Shown here piece after piece: positions 63,077 through 64,000 of a DNA stretch of 64,000 nucleotides. The notes beneath the pieces are model-generated. The model saw only the letters and a list, made by a program, of their open reading frames with translations, made no database searches and was not told the DNA's origin. The translations under genes and the position numbers were made by a program. This DNA comes from Mizuhopecten yessoensis (lineage: Eukaryota). The stretch spans positions 66,378-130,377 of the forward strand of contig NW_018406643.1 in NCBI RefSeq assembly GCF_002113885.1, in the 5' to 3' direction. The first letter of the stretch is position 1, and the number at the start of each line of letters is the position of its first letter.

Positions 63077-64000
63077 AACAAGAGATCCCAGAGGGATCTT
63101 GGCGCCCACCTTTGTACCATTTTCATTAGTTCTTTGTCAGTTCGATCTTTTCTCTTCTTTCCTCTAATCTGTTTGATCTAGTCATGTTAACAGTAAATGC
63201 ACCTTGAGGTAACTTTTGATCTAAACCTAATACTGATGTGTATGAAAGCCAACCTTCAAAGTGAGTTTGTCATTTCACATATTTACTAGTACAGTACTTA
63301 AATTAAGTGAAAGAAATAGAATCGATCATTGCAATAGGAGAAAAATCTGTTTAGTTCTTCTTTTAATCCATTTTGTTTTTATGATCAGTCTCAAAATATA
63401 ACATGCACAACGAGAGATCAAGGGGAACCTACATATAAAATTTGAGAAAGATCCCTCCCGTACTTCCCGAGAAATAGCGATAACAAACTTTCACAATCAA
63501 AATCCAAGACGGCTGCCTGTCGGCAATGTTGTTTATCGGATCAGTCTCAAAAACTGCACTGCACAGCTAAGGACCAAGGGGAACCTACATATAAAATTTG
63601 AGAAAGATCCCTCTAGTACTTCTTGAGAAATAGCGAAAACAAATTTTAACTATCAAAATCCAAGATGGCTGCCTGTCGGCCATGTTGTTTATCCGATCAG
63701 TCTCAAAAGTTACCCTGCACAGCTAAGGACCAAGGGGAACCTACATATAAAATTTGAGAAAGGTCCCTCTGGTACTTCTTGAGAAATAGCGATAACAAAC
63801 TTTCACTATCAAAAACCAAGATGGCTGCCTGTCGGCCATGTTGTTTATCCGATCAGTCTCAAAAATTTCCCTGTACAGCTAAGGACCAAGGGGAACCTAC
63901 ATATAAAATTTGAGAAAGGTCCCTCTAGTACTTCTTGAGAAATAGCGATAACAAACTTTCACTATCAAAATCCAAGATGGCTGCCTGTCGGCCATGTTGT
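63077..64000 (-). mobile_element. Helentron-type non-autonomous element (HINE) with a 156-bp tandem core, running off the window
   Basis: Terminus aacaag-agatccc-aga-gggatct hairpin; gggaacctacatataaaatttgagaaag recurs at 63423, 63579, 63735, 63891 (period 156). Confidence 0.75.

Overview
AT-rich, intron-containing, repeat-dense animal genomic DNA. The repeat types (tRNA-headed SINEs with a V-domain-like core, Helentron-type tandem-core elements, small hairpin MITEs) suggest a bivalve mollusc; this is inference. Nothing prokaryotic, no CRISPR, no true tRNA/rRNA. Left end: the last two coding exons (5320-5460, 7086-8147) of a Sulfotransfer_2 (CHST11/HNK-1ST-like) carbohydrate sulfotransferase, among several minisatellite arrays. 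From 18.3 to 61.5 kb: a same-strand tandem array of seven diverged, apparently homologous two-exon genes (A-G). Each has a long low-complexity Arg/Lys/Ser/Pro-rich first exon ending in a phase-0 GT donor, then a short terminal exon. B, E and F carry the GAS2-related (GAR) signature MVRVGGG[WF] but lack the N-terminal half and the Zn ligands of the domain. Five terminal exons share a downstream P-hydrophobic-x-V-[YHI]...hydrophobic-[IV]-[KR] motif. The disordered parts carry recurrent LC8-type TQT/VQM motifs, RPx[ST][AP] sites and PP1 RVxF-type motifs. This cluster is the best candidate for an undescribed system, possibly lineage-specific microtubule/ciliary scaffold proteins. Also present: two degenerate minimal hammerhead-ribozyme motifs (6582-6625 +, 44195-44233 -), several hairpin MITEs with 9-10 bp TSDs, and a TIR element carrying a 27-bp minisatellite. 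All exon joins were predicted by eye and need transcript confirmation.
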